From Leptospirillum sp. (GTDB lineage: Bacteria; Nitrospirota; Leptospirillia; Leptospirillales; Leptospirillaceae): a stretch of DNA of 64,000 nucleotides. Location: contig DAIEST010000174.1 in the NCBI GenBank assembly GCA_027346125.1, positions 1,167 through 65,166 on the forward strand, in the 5' to 3' direction. Positions within the stretch are counted from its first letter, which is position 1, and the number at the start of each line of letters is the position of its first letter. Below are positions 39,554 to 49,843 of this stretch, one piece after another. A program made the position numbers and the translations under genes. The notes below the pieces were generated by a model that saw nothing but the letters and a program-made list of their open reading frames with translations, made no database searches and was not told the origin of the DNA.

Positions 39554-40048
39554 ATGACAAAGCTGGAATTCAAACAACAACTCGACCGGCTCTCGCTCGC
39601 CTTCGAAAAGAAAATGTCCACAGACTTGATGGACCTCTGGTGGGAAGAATGCCGAACTTTTCCGCTCGAATCTGTCCGTAAGGCAGCCCAGCACTTTCTA
39701 GAATCGGACCAGAAGACTTTCCCTCGCATCGGCGAGTTCAAGACGGCTCTTCGCGGGGCCAGCGAACGCCGGACACCGGAAGGAACGCAAACCCTCCCCT
39801 TCTCGTGTCCCCGTTGCTCCCACGGCTTCTGCTCCGTCAAACGGTTTTCAGGGGATCGCAAGCATTCCTTCGCCTTCCGTTGCTCATGTCCGGCAGGTGA
39901 TGGCTATCCCGGCTTGCCTCTCGTTCCCTCCGACGAACGAACCCTCAAAGAATCCCAGGAGCGGCCCAATTACCCGGTTCCCTCTCCTCCAGAGCAACGG
40001 AGGATCACGCAGGAATTCTTCGACACCCTCGAGGAAATCCCTTTCTAA
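39554..40048 (+). CDS. Hypothetical protein with a Cys-rich centre
   Basis: 164 aa. CPRCSHGFC...CSCPAG. It abuts the upstream gene. Confidence 0.45.
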   Translation: MTKLEFKQQLDRLSLAFEKKMSTDLMDLWWEECRTFPLESVRKAAQHFLESDQKTFPRIGEFKTALRGASERRTPEGTQTLPFSCPRCSHGFCSVKRFSGDRKHSFAFRCSCPAGDGYPGLPLVPSDERTLKESQERPNYPVPSPPEQRRITQEFFDTLEEIPF

Positions 40049-40062
40049 CCCAGGAGAATCCC

Positions 40063-40251
40063 ATGACTCTGAAACTTCACCAGGAAATTCCAATCGTCGG
40101 CAACTCCACCCCCAAATGCGTGTTCCAGGCCAAAACCCCAAAGGGCTTTGTTTGCGTCATCGCCGATCACATTGCCGAAGCTGCCGCCGTCCTGCACGCG
40201 AAAGGCTTTGAGGTGGGCCTTATCCAGAGCGTGGGAGAGCTGGTTGAGTAA
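40063..40251 (+). CDS. Hypothetical protein
   Basis: 62-aa ORF. Confidence 0.35.
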   Translation: MTLKLHQEIPIVGNSTPKCVFQAKTPKGFVCVIADHIAEAAAVLHAKGFEVGLIQSVGELVE

Positions 40252-40747
40252 AAAAACGCCTTCCAAGCGAAAACGGCTGAATCCCATGCAGGAGCGCTTT
40301 GCCGTGCTCTACGCGCTTACGGGGAATGTGACCCAGGCCGCAAAAGAAGCCGGTTATTCCCCCAAAACGGCGTATCGTCAAGGGCATGATCTCCTCAAAA
40401 GACCTCATGTGCTTGCGCGCGCGAATCTGGAAGCCGAGCGGTTGGTCGCACAGGTACGCCTCGAATTCGCTCCTCTCGCGCTCAAAGCCCGGCTCAAACT
40501 GGAAGCCATCATCGACAATGGCGCGATCAAGAATATGGCGACACTGCAGGCAATCAACACGGCCCTCGAGTACGCTGGTCTCAAACCGGCTCAGAAATCC
40601 GAAGTGTCAGGACCAGACGGTCAACCCCTCACTCTCGGGGTCGTGGCCATTCCAGCGAAAGCCAAGTCTATCGAGGAGTGGGTCAAGAACCGGGAGGAAC
40701 GGAGGGCTCTGGCCGAGAGAACCGTCATCGATGCAGACGGCAAGTGA
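40244..40747 (+). CDS. terS: Terminase small subunit
   Basis: LNPMQERFAVLYALTGNVTQAAKEAGYSPKTAYRQGHDLLKRP is the Terminase_2-type HTH. A TTG start at 40244 is proposed; the alternative is the ATG at 40286. Confidence 0.72.
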   Translation: MSKKTPSKRKRLNPMQERFAVLYALTGNVTQAAKEAGYSPKTAYRQGHDLLKRPHVLARANLEAERLVAQVRLEFAPLALKARLKLEAIIDNGAIKNMATLQAINTALEYAGLKPAQKSEVSGPDGQPLTLGVVAIPAKAKSIEEWVKNREERRALAERTVIDADGK

Positions 40748-42077
40748 ACCGCTCGTCTGGGTTCCCCAGGACGGTCCTCAGCGGGATCTCCTCGAATGTC
40801 CGATCCCGGACGTGTTTTTCGGAGGAGCCCGGGGAGGTGGAAAATCCGATGCTCTCCTCGGAGACTGGCTGGCGCATGCCGATGCTTACGGGAAGCACGC
40901 GAAGGGAATTCTGTTCCGCCAGAGCATGCCGGAACTCGAGGAGTTGCAGGGAAGGGCTTTGCAGATCTTTCCGGCGATCGGCGGCGAATGGAGAGCGGGT
41001 CCGCGCACGTGGTTTTTCCGGAACAAGGCCAGCCTCAAGATGCGCTGGCTCGAACGGGTCGAGGACGCCAACAAGTATCAGGGCCATGCGTACACCTGGA
41101 TCGGGATCGATGAATGCGGGAATTATCCCACCCCCGAAGCGATCGACCGGCTCCGGGCGACCATGCGGTCGGCTCATGGTGTTCCCTGCTTCCTGCGGCT
41201 CACCGGCAACCCAGGTGGCGTGGGTCACGAATGGCTCAAGGAACGCTATATCAAGCCGGCCGTGCCCGGTCAGCCTTTCTGGTCGGAAGCCCAGAAGACC
41301 TGGCGCGTGTATATTCCCTCGCGCCTCCAGGACAACCGGATCCTCATGGAGGCCGATCCCGGCTATGTGGATCGGCTCTATGCCTCCGGTCCTTCCTGGC
41401 TGGTCAAGGCGTGGCTCGAGGGGGATTGGGACGTGTCTGTTTCGGGCAAGCTCTTCCTGAGGTCCTGGTGGCAGTTCTACTCGGTCGTCCCGGATCTTCT
41501 GGCGATCTTCCAGGTGTGGGACACCGGGGTCAAGGACCGGGAGGACAACGACCCTTCCGCCTGTCTCACGATCGGCCTCCACCGCGTGGGATGGTATCTC
41601 CTGGATGCTTGGAAAGAACGGGTGGAATATCCCGAGCTCGAACATCAGGTGCCGATTCAGTTCGCCAAGTGGCGTGCGGCTGGGTGTTCCCAGATTCTGA
41701 TCGAGGATGCCTCTTCCGGTGCATCGCTCATCCAGAGCCTTCGGAAATCAGGACGGCTCCCCATCAAGCCGGTGCGCCACAAGAACAAGATCCAGCCTGC
41801 GTATGCCATCAGTCCGCTGGTGGAATCGGGACGCGTCTTTCTCCCGCAGGACGGCCGATGGACCAGCGCCTTCATCGAGGAGTTCGCCCTGTTCCCCAAC
41901 GGTCCGCATGACGAGTGGGTGGACTGCCTGACCTTCGGGATTCTGGACGGGCCCAAGGTTGAGTCGGCGATTCCTCCAAAACCGCAAGAGCCGGTGAGCT
42001 ATCTTCCGCCAAACAAGAGGCGCGGAAGGGCTCTCCCGGATGATGACGATATTCGATGGGGAGGGGGAAGAAAGTGA
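40731..42077 (+). CDS. terL: Terminase large subunit
   Basis: ORF 40386..42077 trimmed to ATG 40731, which overlaps the terS end. Walker A-like FGGARGGGKS, WIGIDE (Walker B), and a C-terminal nuclease region with ILIEDASSG. Confidence 0.87.
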   Translation: MQTASEPLVWVPQDGPQRDLLECPIPDVFFGGARGGGKSDALLGDWLAHADAYGKHAKGILFRQSMPELEELQGRALQIFPAIGGEWRAGPRTWFFRNKASLKMRWLERVEDANKYQGHAYTWIGIDECGNYPTPEAIDRLRATMRSAHGVPCFLRLTGNPGGVGHEWLKERYIKPAVPGQPFWSEAQKTWRVYIPSRLQDNRILMEADPGYVDRLYASGPSWLVKAWLEGDWDVSVSGKLFLRSWWQFYSVVPDLLAIFQVWDTGVKDREDNDPSACLTIGLHRVGWYLLDAWKERVEYPELEHQVPIQFAKWRAAGCSQILIEDASSGASLIQSLRKSGRLPIKPVRHKNKIQPAYAISPLVESGRVFLPQDGRWTSAFIEEFALFPNGPHDEWVDCLTFGILDGPKVESAIPPKPQEPVSYLPPNKRRGRALPDDDDIRWGGGRK

Positions 42078-42289
42078 AAAAAAGTGTGACAATCGGGGAC
42101 AGTTTGTTCCTCTCGGTCGTGATCGCCAATTATCTAAGAGCGTCAAGAGGTAAGACGGATTTGAAAGAAGTCTACAAGGTGTGCGCCTACCTCGACGAGA
42201 GGGTGCAGGAAAAGTCCTTTCAGGCGTTCAGAAAGGCGTATTACCGGGCCAAGAAAGAATTCCACGGAGTGTCCCTCTCTGTCACATAA
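42074..42289 (+). CDS. Hypothetical protein
   Basis: GTGA overlap with the terL stop. 71 aa. Confidence 0.35.
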   Translation: MKKSVTIGDSLFLSVVIANYLRASRGKTDLKEVYKVCAYLDERVQEKSFQAFRKAYYRAKKEFHGVSLSVT

Positions 42290-42340
42290 TGTCACAAGAT
42301 AATCCTTGTAAGTCCATATCCAGACTGATATTTCTCAGGC

Positions 42341-44581
42341 ATGGACACTCTCACCGAAGACCAGATCGTCCAGCGGGTCAACGACTGGATCTCAGAACAG
42401 GCCTACACGCAGGAGTCTTTTCTCGAGCGTGAAGAGGACGCTCTTGCGCGTTACCTCGGGGGCCGTCCCAAAGCCAATCCCGATTCCCCCTGGGAAGGAT
42501 CCTCCGATCTCGATATCGGGGGGGCTCTGACCCTCTCGCACGTCGAGTCGATCCACTCCCGCACGTTGTATGCCCTTCAGCGCTCCGTTCCCTTCGTCCA
42601 GGTCAAGTCGAAAAATCAGGACCTGGCAGACCAAGCCGAATGCTACCTCCGGCACGTTCTCGATCACGAAACGGGCTTTCTCCGGTTTGCGTCCAGGTGG
42701 ATCCGCCCGGCTCTTGTGGGAGGATGCCGACGCGCCAAGGCCGTCTGGGAAAAGGAAGTTCAACGGGTGGGAGAAACGCACCGCTTCACGCTGCCCCCGG
42801 GAATCCGTGGAACCGACCTTGAAGAACCGGCGATCCGAGCCTTCCTGCTCGAGCGCCTGAAAAACCGCTTCGGGGAATTCACGATCCGGGAGAAATCCGA
42901 TACCCACTGGACAATCCGGTTCGACCGGGACGGCGAAGAGGTCACCGGAGATCTCCGCTACCGGCTGGTGGGAGACCGGATCGATGCGACCGTCGAATGG
43001 CCGGACGTGACCTTCGAAGGCGTCCGGTATAGTGCCGTCAAGCCCGAGGATTTCTGGAAAAGCCCCGGAACCATCCAGGAGTGCCGCTACGTGATCCACC
43101 GGGTGTGGATGACTTGGCCGGAGATCGTGAGCCGCGCCCAGGACGGCATTTACGACCTCGATCTTGAGGCCGACTACTCCGAGTTCAAGCAATACGCCAC
43201 CGACCCGATCGTCCAAACCGAAGGAGGCGTCGATCTGGTCGAGCAGAGACGCCAGGCGGCCGGTGTCTCGACCATGATTCTGGGATGGGAATACTTCGAG
43301 ATCCTGGAATGCTACGTCCTCGATTTCTGGGACGGAAAGGACTATCTCGAGGACCGGCTGATCACGATCTTCCGGGGACCCGGAAAGATTCTGAGAAACG
43401 AGCTCCGGTCTTCGGCCGGATATCCGATGCGGCCCTTCTCGGAAATCATCGTCCAGCCGATTCCCGATATGGACTCCTACGGTCTGGGCATTCCCACGAT
43501 CATCGGTCCGCTCGCCGACGAAGAGACAGCCGTCCACAACCTCATGATGGATTCGGCGACTCTCCAGGCGGTTCCACCCACCTTCTACGATGAAACGGCC
43601 GGCCTCAAGAACGAGAAGATGAAGATCGCTCCCGGCCGGTTAATCCCGCTTTCCTCTCCGAACGGCAATATCGGCAATGCGGTCTACATGCCGAACTATG
43701 CGGCCAATCTGGGGCCGATCGCCGGTCTCCAGAACCGCATCGACACCATCATGCAGTCGGTCGACGGGGTGAGCGACACGCAACTGGCGCAGGCTCCCAA
43801 GAGCAAAACGCTGGGCCAGAGCACTCTTGTCCAGGACGAGATCAATATCCGCTTCCAGGCGATCTGGGACAACATCGTCGGAAACATGGAGGAGATGTCC
43901 GGTCTCGCGGGGCTGATAGCCATTACGGCCGCTCTCTATCAGCGGTTCGGAAAGCCCATGGAGATCGAGGCGGTCACCGGCGAGTATTCGGAGGTCTCCT
44001 TTCCCGATGCTCTGAAATACTCCCTCAAGATCACGGCCAACATCAACAAGATCAACCAGAACGCCCAGGTCGCCAAAGCGCGGGGAGTCGTCCAGACCCT
44101 CATGAACCCCATGCTCATGCAGCTGGGGCTCGTGAACCCACAGACCCTTTACCACGCCCTCAAGAATCTCCTCGAAGCCATGGATGTGGATAACTGGGAG
44201 GACTTCCTGGCCGAGCCTCCGCAGGAAAAAATGGCGTCCGTCAATCCGGACAAGGAAAACCTCGAAATGCTCCCGGGCCATATCGTTCCGGTTCACCCAG
44301 CCGACGACGACCAGGCGCATATCGTGTCGCACGTGAAATTTCTGGAAGAGCTTCGGGCCGAACCGGGACTCTGCCAGAACGCAGCGGTCTACGTGGAGCA
44401 CATCAAGCGCCACCGCAAGCAGGAGCAGATGAAGGCCCAGCAGCAGATGCAACAGGCCGACATGGGCAACGGCGTTCCCGGTGGGCCAGCTGGTTCCCCG
44501 ATCGCCAACACGCCGGTTCCCGGTGGAGCTCCTTCCATGCCGAATGGTGCGGCAGGGGCCGGAGCGGTGCCCAATGCGTAG
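42341..44581 (+). CDS. Putative portal protein
   Basis: 746 aa, in the first large gene position after terL. The N-terminal pattern (...ARYLGGRPKANPDSPWEGSSDL...) resembles podovirus-type portals. Gln-rich C-terminal tail. Confidence 0.62.
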   Translation: MDTLTEDQIVQRVNDWISEQAYTQESFLEREEDALARYLGGRPKANPDSPWEGSSDLDIGGALTLSHVESIHSRTLYALQRSVPFVQVKSKNQDLADQAECYLRHVLDHETGFLRFASRWIRPALVGGCRRAKAVWEKEVQRVGETHRFTLPPGIRGTDLEEPAIRAFLLERLKNRFGEFTIREKSDTHWTIRFDRDGEEVTGDLRYRLVGDRIDATVEWPDVTFEGVRYSAVKPEDFWKSPGTIQECRYVIHRVWMTWPEIVSRAQDGIYDLDLEADYSEFKQYATDPIVQTEGGVDLVEQRRQAAGVSTMILGWEYFEILECYVLDFWDGKDYLEDRLITIFRGPGKILRNELRSSAGYPMRPFSEIIVQPIPDMDSYGLGIPTIIGPLADEETAVHNLMMDSATLQAVPPTFYDETAGLKNEKMKIAPGRLIPLSSPNGNIGNAVYMPNYAANLGPIAGLQNRIDTIMQSVDGVSDTQLAQAPKSKTLGQSTLVQDEINIRFQAIWDNIVGNMEEMSGLAGLIAITAALYQRFGKPMEIEAVTGEYSEVSFPDALKYSLKITANINKINQNAQVAKARGVVQTLMNPMLMQLGLVNPQTLYHALKNLLEAMDVDNWEDFLAEPPQEKMASVNPDKENLEMLPGHIVPVHPADDDQAHIVSHVKFLEELRAEPGLCQNAAVYVEHIKRHRKQEQMKAQQQMQQADMGNGVPGGPAGSPIANTPVPGGAPSMPNGAAGAGAVPNA

Positions 44582-44585
44582 GCCC

Positions 44586-44816
44586 ATGAACCTGGAGGAA
44601 TGCGCGGCTCTCTATTCGCTCTTTCAGCATCCCGGCATGAGGGTCCTGAAGCAGCGGATCTCCGATTCCGTTTCGGACGAGCTGATGCCCGGCCTCCGGA
44701 CAGGAGGAAAAGACGCTTACGACCGGATGGTAGGGCGCATGGAAGGTGCGGAAGGCGTGCTGGCCCTAATGGACCGGCTCAAGGATGAAGCGATAGCCAA
44801 AACGAAGGAGTCATGA
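44586..44816 (+). CDS. Hypothetical protein
   Basis: ORF trimmed to ATG 44586. 76 aa. Confidence 0.4.
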   Translation: MNLEECAALYSLFQHPGMRVLKQRISDSVSDELMPGLRTGGKDAYDRMVGRMEGAEGVLALMDRLKDEAIAKTKES

Positions 44817-45337
44817 TGGGCGCTTTGGACGGAAACCAGACCAACGGCAAAGGAACCAACTTCGATGCGGGAGGTGTATCGACCCTTGGGCCGCTGAGCG
44901 GCTCCACTGTGGAGGGAGGAAACGGTCAGGCCAACCAGGTGGTCCTCGAAGGGGCCTCTGCGGGGAATCCTCCTCAGATCGTCGCCCAGGGATCGGATGC
45001 CCATATCGATCTGCAGTTGCTCGCCAAGGGTGGAGGAGGCATTCGACTCGGGGCTGGTTCCAACTCGATCTATGACACCTACGTCGAATCTTTGAACCTC
45101 ACTCCGGCCTCTGTCCCGGCCAATACCTCGGAGGAGCAGATCTTCCCGGATAACGGGACCGCAAACGTTGGGGATGTCCTGATCGGCAATTGGCAGGAGG
45201 CTCTTCCTGCCGGGATCAGTATCGGGAATATCCGGGTGAGTTCTGCCGGGCATATCGGCGTGACCTTTGTGAACTCGACGGCCGCCGCCATCACACCGGC
45301 CGCCGGGACCCTCAAGATCCTCGGGTTTACGGTCTAA
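44813..45337 (+). CDS. Hypothetical head-module protein
   Basis: 174-aa Gly/Asn/Ala-rich ORF. Confidence 0.45.
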   Translation: MMGALDGNQTNGKGTNFDAGGVSTLGPLSGSTVEGGNGQANQVVLEGASAGNPPQIVAQGSDAHIDLQLLAKGGGGIRLGAGSNSIYDTYVESLNLTPASVPANTSEEQIFPDNGTANVGDVLIGNWQEALPAGISIGNIRVSSAGHIGVTFVNSTAAAITPAAGTLKILGFTV

Positions 45338-45346
45338 GGAGGATGC

Positions 45347-45556
45347 ATGGCCAAGCTTTCGAAGAAGAGACGGAGTTCGTTGCCGAAGAAAGACTTCGCC
45401 GGGCCGGGACGCTCGTATCCGGTGGAGGACAGGGCCCACGCGAGAGCGGCCGAAATGGAGGCCGGGATCGCCTGGAAGAAAGGCCGCATGTCGGGCGGAG
45501 AGAAAAACCGGATCGACCGCAAGGCGCGTCGAGTCCTGAAGGGAGGGAAGCCGTAA
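45347..45556 (+). CDS. Small basic protein
   Basis: 69 aa. FAGPGRSYPVEDRAHARAA segment. Confidence 0.45.
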   Translation: MAKLSKKRRSSLPKKDFAGPGRSYPVEDRAHARAAEMEAGIAWKKGRMSGGEKNRIDRKARRVLKGGKP

Positions 45557-45729
45557 TGGAATCCGCACTCGAAAAGATCAAGAACCTCAAAAAGGGTGGC
45601 AAGAAAGCGAACAAAAAGCTCGTCAAAAAGAAGGATGACCTCAAGGCCGGAGGCAAAAAGGCCAACAAGACACTCGAACGGGAAAAGAAACCGTCCAAGA
45701 AGCTGATGGACGCCATCCGGAAGGGATAA
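45556..45729 (+). CDS. Lys-rich small protein
   Basis: ATG 45556 overlaps the upstream stop (TAATG). 57 aa, with repeated KKGGKKANKKL / KAGGKKANKTL. Confidence 0.4.
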   Translation: MESALEKIKNLKKGGKKANKKLVKKKDDLKAGGKKANKTLEREKKPSKKLMDAIRKG

Positions 45730-45786
45730 CCGGTCCGTTTCACCATTCACCATCGGGAGCCCACCCGTAAAAGGCAAGGAGGACGT

Positions 45787-46653
45787 ATGCGACCCGTCAT
45801 CGCGCAAGAGGAAGAGGAACTGGAATATCTGGAATGGCTCAAGACCGAGTATGTGCCCATCTCGGGGGGCGACGAGTCGGCTGGATCCGATGATTCGGGA
45901 TCCGGAGATGCGGAAGGAAACGCAGACGCAGGCTCCGAAGGAACAGGCGACGGAAGCTCTCAGAACTCCGGCGAAGAAGAACCAAAAGACGACAAGGGCG
46001 TTCCGCTCAAGAATCGTCTGGAAGAAGAGCGACGGAAGCGGGAGAAGGCGGAACGGCAGCTTGCCGAAGAAAAAGCGGCCGCCCGGGCACGCCAGGAAGA
46101 ATGGGAGCGCCAGCAGGCGGCAATACGAAAGCCGGACGGGAACGGGGAGCCGGAAGAGGATCTGGATACCCTGGCGATCACGGATCCGGCGCGCTATCGG
46201 GAACTTGTTGCCCAGGACGCGGCCAAAAGAGCTACGGAATCCGTGCGGAAGGAAATCGCCGAACGGGAACGAGCCAAGGAGGCGCAAGTCACCTTCGAGC
46301 GCCTCAAGGATCAGTTCGACGAGCTGGCGGATTCGGAGTCCGACTTCTACCGGGAAGTGGACAAGGAATATACCGACCGGCTGAAGAGGTATGGCCTGCA
46401 GTTCGATGCCAGGACGCTCGAGGATGTGGTGCAGCTGATCGCTTATCGAAGACAGAAAAAACCGGCACAGAGATCGACCGAACGTCCTCCGGTGGGGGAA
46501 ACGGGACATCCCAGAGAGACGGGCGCCCGGAACACGAAGATCACGGATGGGTCCAAGAAGCTGGCCAAGGCGCTGGGATTCTCGGAAAAGCGTCTGCAGT
46601 CGGCTTTCAGCCGGGATCTGTCCGGCGAGATCGGAACGGGAACCCGAGGATAA
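45787..46653 (+). CDS. Putative scaffolding protein
   Basis: 288 aa. Acidic low-complexity N-terminus then a long charged coiled-coil, positioned between the portal and capsid genes. Confidence 0.5.
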   Translation: MRPVIAQEEEELEYLEWLKTEYVPISGGDESAGSDDSGSGDAEGNADAGSEGTGDGSSQNSGEEEPKDDKGVPLKNRLEEERRKREKAERQLAEEKAAARARQEEWERQQAAIRKPDGNGEPEEDLDTLAITDPARYRELVAQDAAKRATESVRKEIAERERAKEAQVTFERLKDQFDELADSESDFYREVDKEYTDRLKRYGLQFDARTLEDVVQLIAYRRQKKPAQRSTERPPVGETGHPRETGARNTKITDGSKKLAKALGFSEKRLQSAFSRDLSGEIGTGTRG

Positions 46654-46680
46654 CCCCAACCCACGAAGGAGGAAGCGCAA

Positions 46681-47076
46681 ATGAACAAGATCATGGTCAA
46701 TGGATGCAAAAAGAAGGACGGCAACGTCCGGCGCTTTGTCACGGCCAACGAGTTTGAGGACTGGCGGGAAAACGGATGGGAGCGGGATCCGGACGGCAAA
46801 GCCATCCCGGATCAGGTCGTCGACCAGCTGATTCCCGTCCGCATGAGCGAGGAAGCTTATCGCCGGTATCAGCGGGAACACATGGGAGGCCGCCAGACGG
46901 AGCTTCAGGAAAGGAACCTCAATCGCAAACTGAAAGATTCCGATGCTCCGGACGGATACGGCGAGGAAAAGGTGTCTCTCGGAAAAGTGGCATCCCGGGA
47001 GGAAGCCGAAGAAGTGGAACGCAAGGCGGCTGAGAAACGGCAGCGGGGCAAGCCCACTGTCGTGGCGATGTCGTAA
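46681..47076 (+). CDS. Hypothetical protein
   Basis: 131-aa ORF. Confidence 0.45.
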   Translation: MNKIMVNGCKKKDGNVRRFVTANEFEDWRENGWERDPDGKAIPDQVVDQLIPVRMSEEAYRRYQREHMGGRQTELQERNLNRKLKDSDAPDGYGEEKVSLGKVASREEAEEVERKAAEKRQRGKPTVVAMS

Positions 47077-47114
47077 CGCCCTGAAAAGGGACCATTCAAG
47101 GAGGATGAAAGAAA

Positions 47115-47585
47115 ATGAACATTCCGATTCTGCCCCCGCAACCTGAGATCGATGAGGCGTCCCATGTGGTCCAGATCGCTCCGACCAGCGGAGATTCCTT
47201 TTCTCCACACGATTTCGTGAAGCTGGCGGGAGGCGAGCTTGTTCCCTCAGCCAGTGCGGACCCCTCGGTTTTCGGGCTCTCCCTCTCCGAATACCCGGAC
47301 CCCTCGGGAAAGCTCAACCAGTCGGTCATTCCAGTTCTTCGGGCCCGGGCTGGCCAGCGCCTATGGATGAACGTCTCGGGGGCCGTGCTCGCCCAGACTC
47401 ATCTGGGAGCCCAGTTCGGTCTGGTCATCACAAACGGAGTGGCCATGGTGGATCTCACCAACACCACGGAGAAAGTCTTCGAAATCATCGAGATCGGGGT
47501 GCAGGCCGGAGTTCTTCCGAACGGCGGAATCGGGGACGCGAATGCCCGGGTTCTGGTCGAAATTCTTTCATCCGCTGTGGCCTGA
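47115..47585 (+). CDS. Hypothetical head protein (decoration/accessory position)
   Basis: 156 aa, immediately upstream of the major capsid gene. Confidence 0.45.
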   Translation: MNIPILPPQPEIDEASHVVQIAPTSGDSFSPHDFVKLAGGELVPSASADPSVFGLSLSEYPDPSGKLNQSVIPVLRARAGQRLWMNVSGAVLAQTHLGAQFGLVITNGVAMVDLTNTTEKVFEIIEIGVQAGVLPNGGIGDANARVLVEILSSAVA

Positions 47586-47617
47586 GTTGCCATAGCCTTG
47601 CAGGAGGTCCTTGAAGC

Positions 47618-48508
47618 ATGAATATCAATCAATTCCCCTGGGAAGTGTACCCGGCCCTCCGGGACGTGATCTACGAAGAGTACGACGCGAACGCGCTGAT
47701 CTACCCCAAGCTCACCGTTTCGGACGGAACGGACAAGTATTACGAGGAAGAGACCACGGAAGTCGGCATCGGCCTGTTCTCCGAAACCGGCGACGGGGAA
47801 GACTACCACGAGGACACGAACTTCCAGGGATTCTATACGCGGTACAACCTGGCCAAGTTCACCTCCTATTTCCGGGTGTCCGAAGACCTGATGGAGTTCG
47901 AACGCTACAACACCATGGGGCGAAGGTCCCGGGATATGGGAAACAAGGCCAACGTGACCGAGGACACTCTGGTCCATCTGATTTACAACAACGGATTCAC
48001 GACGAACCTTTCCGATGGTCAGCCCCTGTTCTCGGTGAACCATCCGGGCTATCCCGGCTCCGGGAACAAGTTTGCCAACGTTCTGGCCACACAGAGCGCC
48101 CTCTGCTACACCTCCTTCAACTCGGTGCTGACGGCCATCAAGCGGCAGACAGACGAACGGGGAACTCTCATCCGCATGCGGCCGTCCAAGCTGGTGGTTG
48201 CTCCGGAAAACGAACTGACCGCACGCGAAATCCTGAAATCGGCCGGACGACCCGACACGGCAGACCGGGCCGACAACGAACTCAAGAAAATGGCAGGCGG
48301 GATCGAGCTGATCGTGGATCCCTACCTCAACAGCCCGTCCATGTGGTTCATCATCTGCGACCGCTTCTTCGTCAAAGCCTTCACCCACGGCGGTCTTACC
48401 ACCAAGACCAAAGAGGATCCCTTCAATGGGGACTGGATGGTCTTCGGGCGCTTCTACATCGCCTACGGGGCGTCTTCTCCCTGGGGCGTCTTCGCGGGCT
48501 CGGCCTAA
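47618..48508 (+). CDS. Major capsid protein
   Basis: 296 aa. Position and composition are typical of HK97-fold capsid proteins (...VVAPENELTAREILKSAGRPDTADRADNELK..IELIVDPYL...). Confidence 0.72.
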   Translation: MNINQFPWEVYPALRDVIYEEYDANALIYPKLTVSDGTDKYYEEETTEVGIGLFSETGDGEDYHEDTNFQGFYTRYNLAKFTSYFRVSEDLMEFERYNTMGRRSRDMGNKANVTEDTLVHLIYNNGFTTNLSDGQPLFSVNHPGYPGSGNKFANVLATQSALCYTSFNSVLTAIKRQTDERGTLIRMRPSKLVVAPENELTAREILKSAGRPDTADRADNELKKMAGGIELIVDPYLNSPSMWFIICDRFFVKAFTHGGLTTKTKEDPFNGDWMVFGRFYIAYGASSPWGVFAGSA

Positions 48509-48520
48509 AGGAGGTTCCCT

Positions 48521-48919
48521 GTGGGACTTGCCAGCCATTTTGGGCCCGTCAAACTCATTCCCAAGGCCTCGATTTCGGGGTCTGGGGGGCTTTCTGGAGA
48601 TTTTCTGGATGCAGACGGGAAAAGCATTATCGGCGACATCACCGGAGGACTCATCAACGGTGCCGAAAAAATCACTCTCTGGATCGTGGTATCCGCCGTT
48701 AGCGGTACGTTGGGAATTCTGGCGGACAGTTCCCCGGACGGAGCTCATGCCACTTCCAGCGGAGCGGTTGGGTCCAAGACCGGGATAACGGCTCCCGGAA
48801 CGTACCAGATCAATTACAACAACACCCCCATCAGCATGCTCAAGCTCGGCTGGACTTTGGGGAGTGCGACAGACACGGCAACGATCGACGGGATCTGGTT
48901 CGAAGGATCTCTGGCTTAA
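48521..48919 (+). CDS. Hypothetical virion protein
   Basis: 132-aa ORF. Confidence 0.45.
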   Translation: MGLASHFGPVKLIPKASISGSGGLSGDFLDADGKSIIGDITGGLINGAEKITLWIVVSAVSGTLGILADSSPDGAHATSSGAVGSKTGITAPGTYQINYNNTPISMLKLGWTLGSATDTATIDGIWFEGSLA

Positions 48920-48934
48920 CAATGGAGCGCGGGC

Positions 48935-49843
48935 ATGTATTCGACCTTTCAGAGCTGCTATCAGGAAGTTTTGAATCGCACGCGCTCTCTCCCGCAGCAG
49001 AGCTATCTCTCTCCCCTCAAGAATGCCGTCAATGCCGTCTACCAGGAGTTGTGCTCCTGGCGTGAGTGGCCCTTCCTCCAGAAGACGGGACGGCTGACTC
49101 TTGTCGCTCCCGTCAATTCCGGGACGCTTTCCGGAACGGCCGGCGGAAACCAGCTTTCCGGAACCGGAACCGCTTTCACGCTGGACATGGTCGGCTGGTA
49201 TCTCCGGTATGGAGCGGACAACGCCCTTTATGAAATCACGGGCGTCGATCCGGTCGGTCAAGTCCTGACCGTCTCCCCAAGCCTCTCGTTGACCGGCGTC
49301 GCTTTGGACTATTCGGTCTTTCCCTTTTCCTATCAGCTCCCATCGGACTTCCGGATGCCGGAGCCGATCACGGCGTTTCAGCTGTCTCCGAAGATGCGGT
49401 TCGTGGGAACGCGGGAACTGCAATCGGACCTGATCAACACGCGGTTCGGCAACCCGGACAGATGGAGCATCGCGTACCGGAGTTCGGCTCCCCAGACCCC
49501 CCAGATGGTCTTCTTCCCGTTTCCGTCCCAGCCCATCGTGGTGCAGTTTCTCTACCTGCCCCAGCTTCCGGACCTCCAGGGTAATTCGGATCCGATCCTG
49601 ATTCCGTCGAATTACCGGAGGGCCATCATCGAGGGGGCCATGGCGATCTTTTACCGGGACGTGCTCGACGATCCAGCCAGGGCCCAGATCTCCAAAGCCG
49701 AATACATCCAGATCCGGAACCAGATGTGTACCGATTACGGCCTCTGGGATGACCAGCCTCAACTTCGTCCGGCGAGCTTTCGCGGTCTTCAGAGACGCTT
49801 TGGCACGGATGCCGTGATCGAGCGGATGGTCTGGAGGGTCTGA
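48935..49843 (+). CDS. Hypothetical virion protein (head-tail adaptor / tail tubular A position)
   Basis: 302-aa ORF whose stop overlaps the next start. Confidence 0.5.
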   Translation: MYSTFQSCYQEVLNRTRSLPQQSYLSPLKNAVNAVYQELCSWREWPFLQKTGRLTLVAPVNSGTLSGTAGGNQLSGTGTAFTLDMVGWYLRYGADNALYEITGVDPVGQVLTVSPSLSLTGVALDYSVFPFSYQLPSDFRMPEPITAFQLSPKMRFVGTRELQSDLINTRFGNPDRWSIAYRSSAPQTPQMVFFPFPSQPIVVQFLYLPQLPDLQGNSDPILIPSNYRRAIIEGAMAIFYRDVLDDPARAQISKAEYIQIRNQMCTDYGLWDDQPQLRPASFRGLQRRFGTDAVIERMVWRV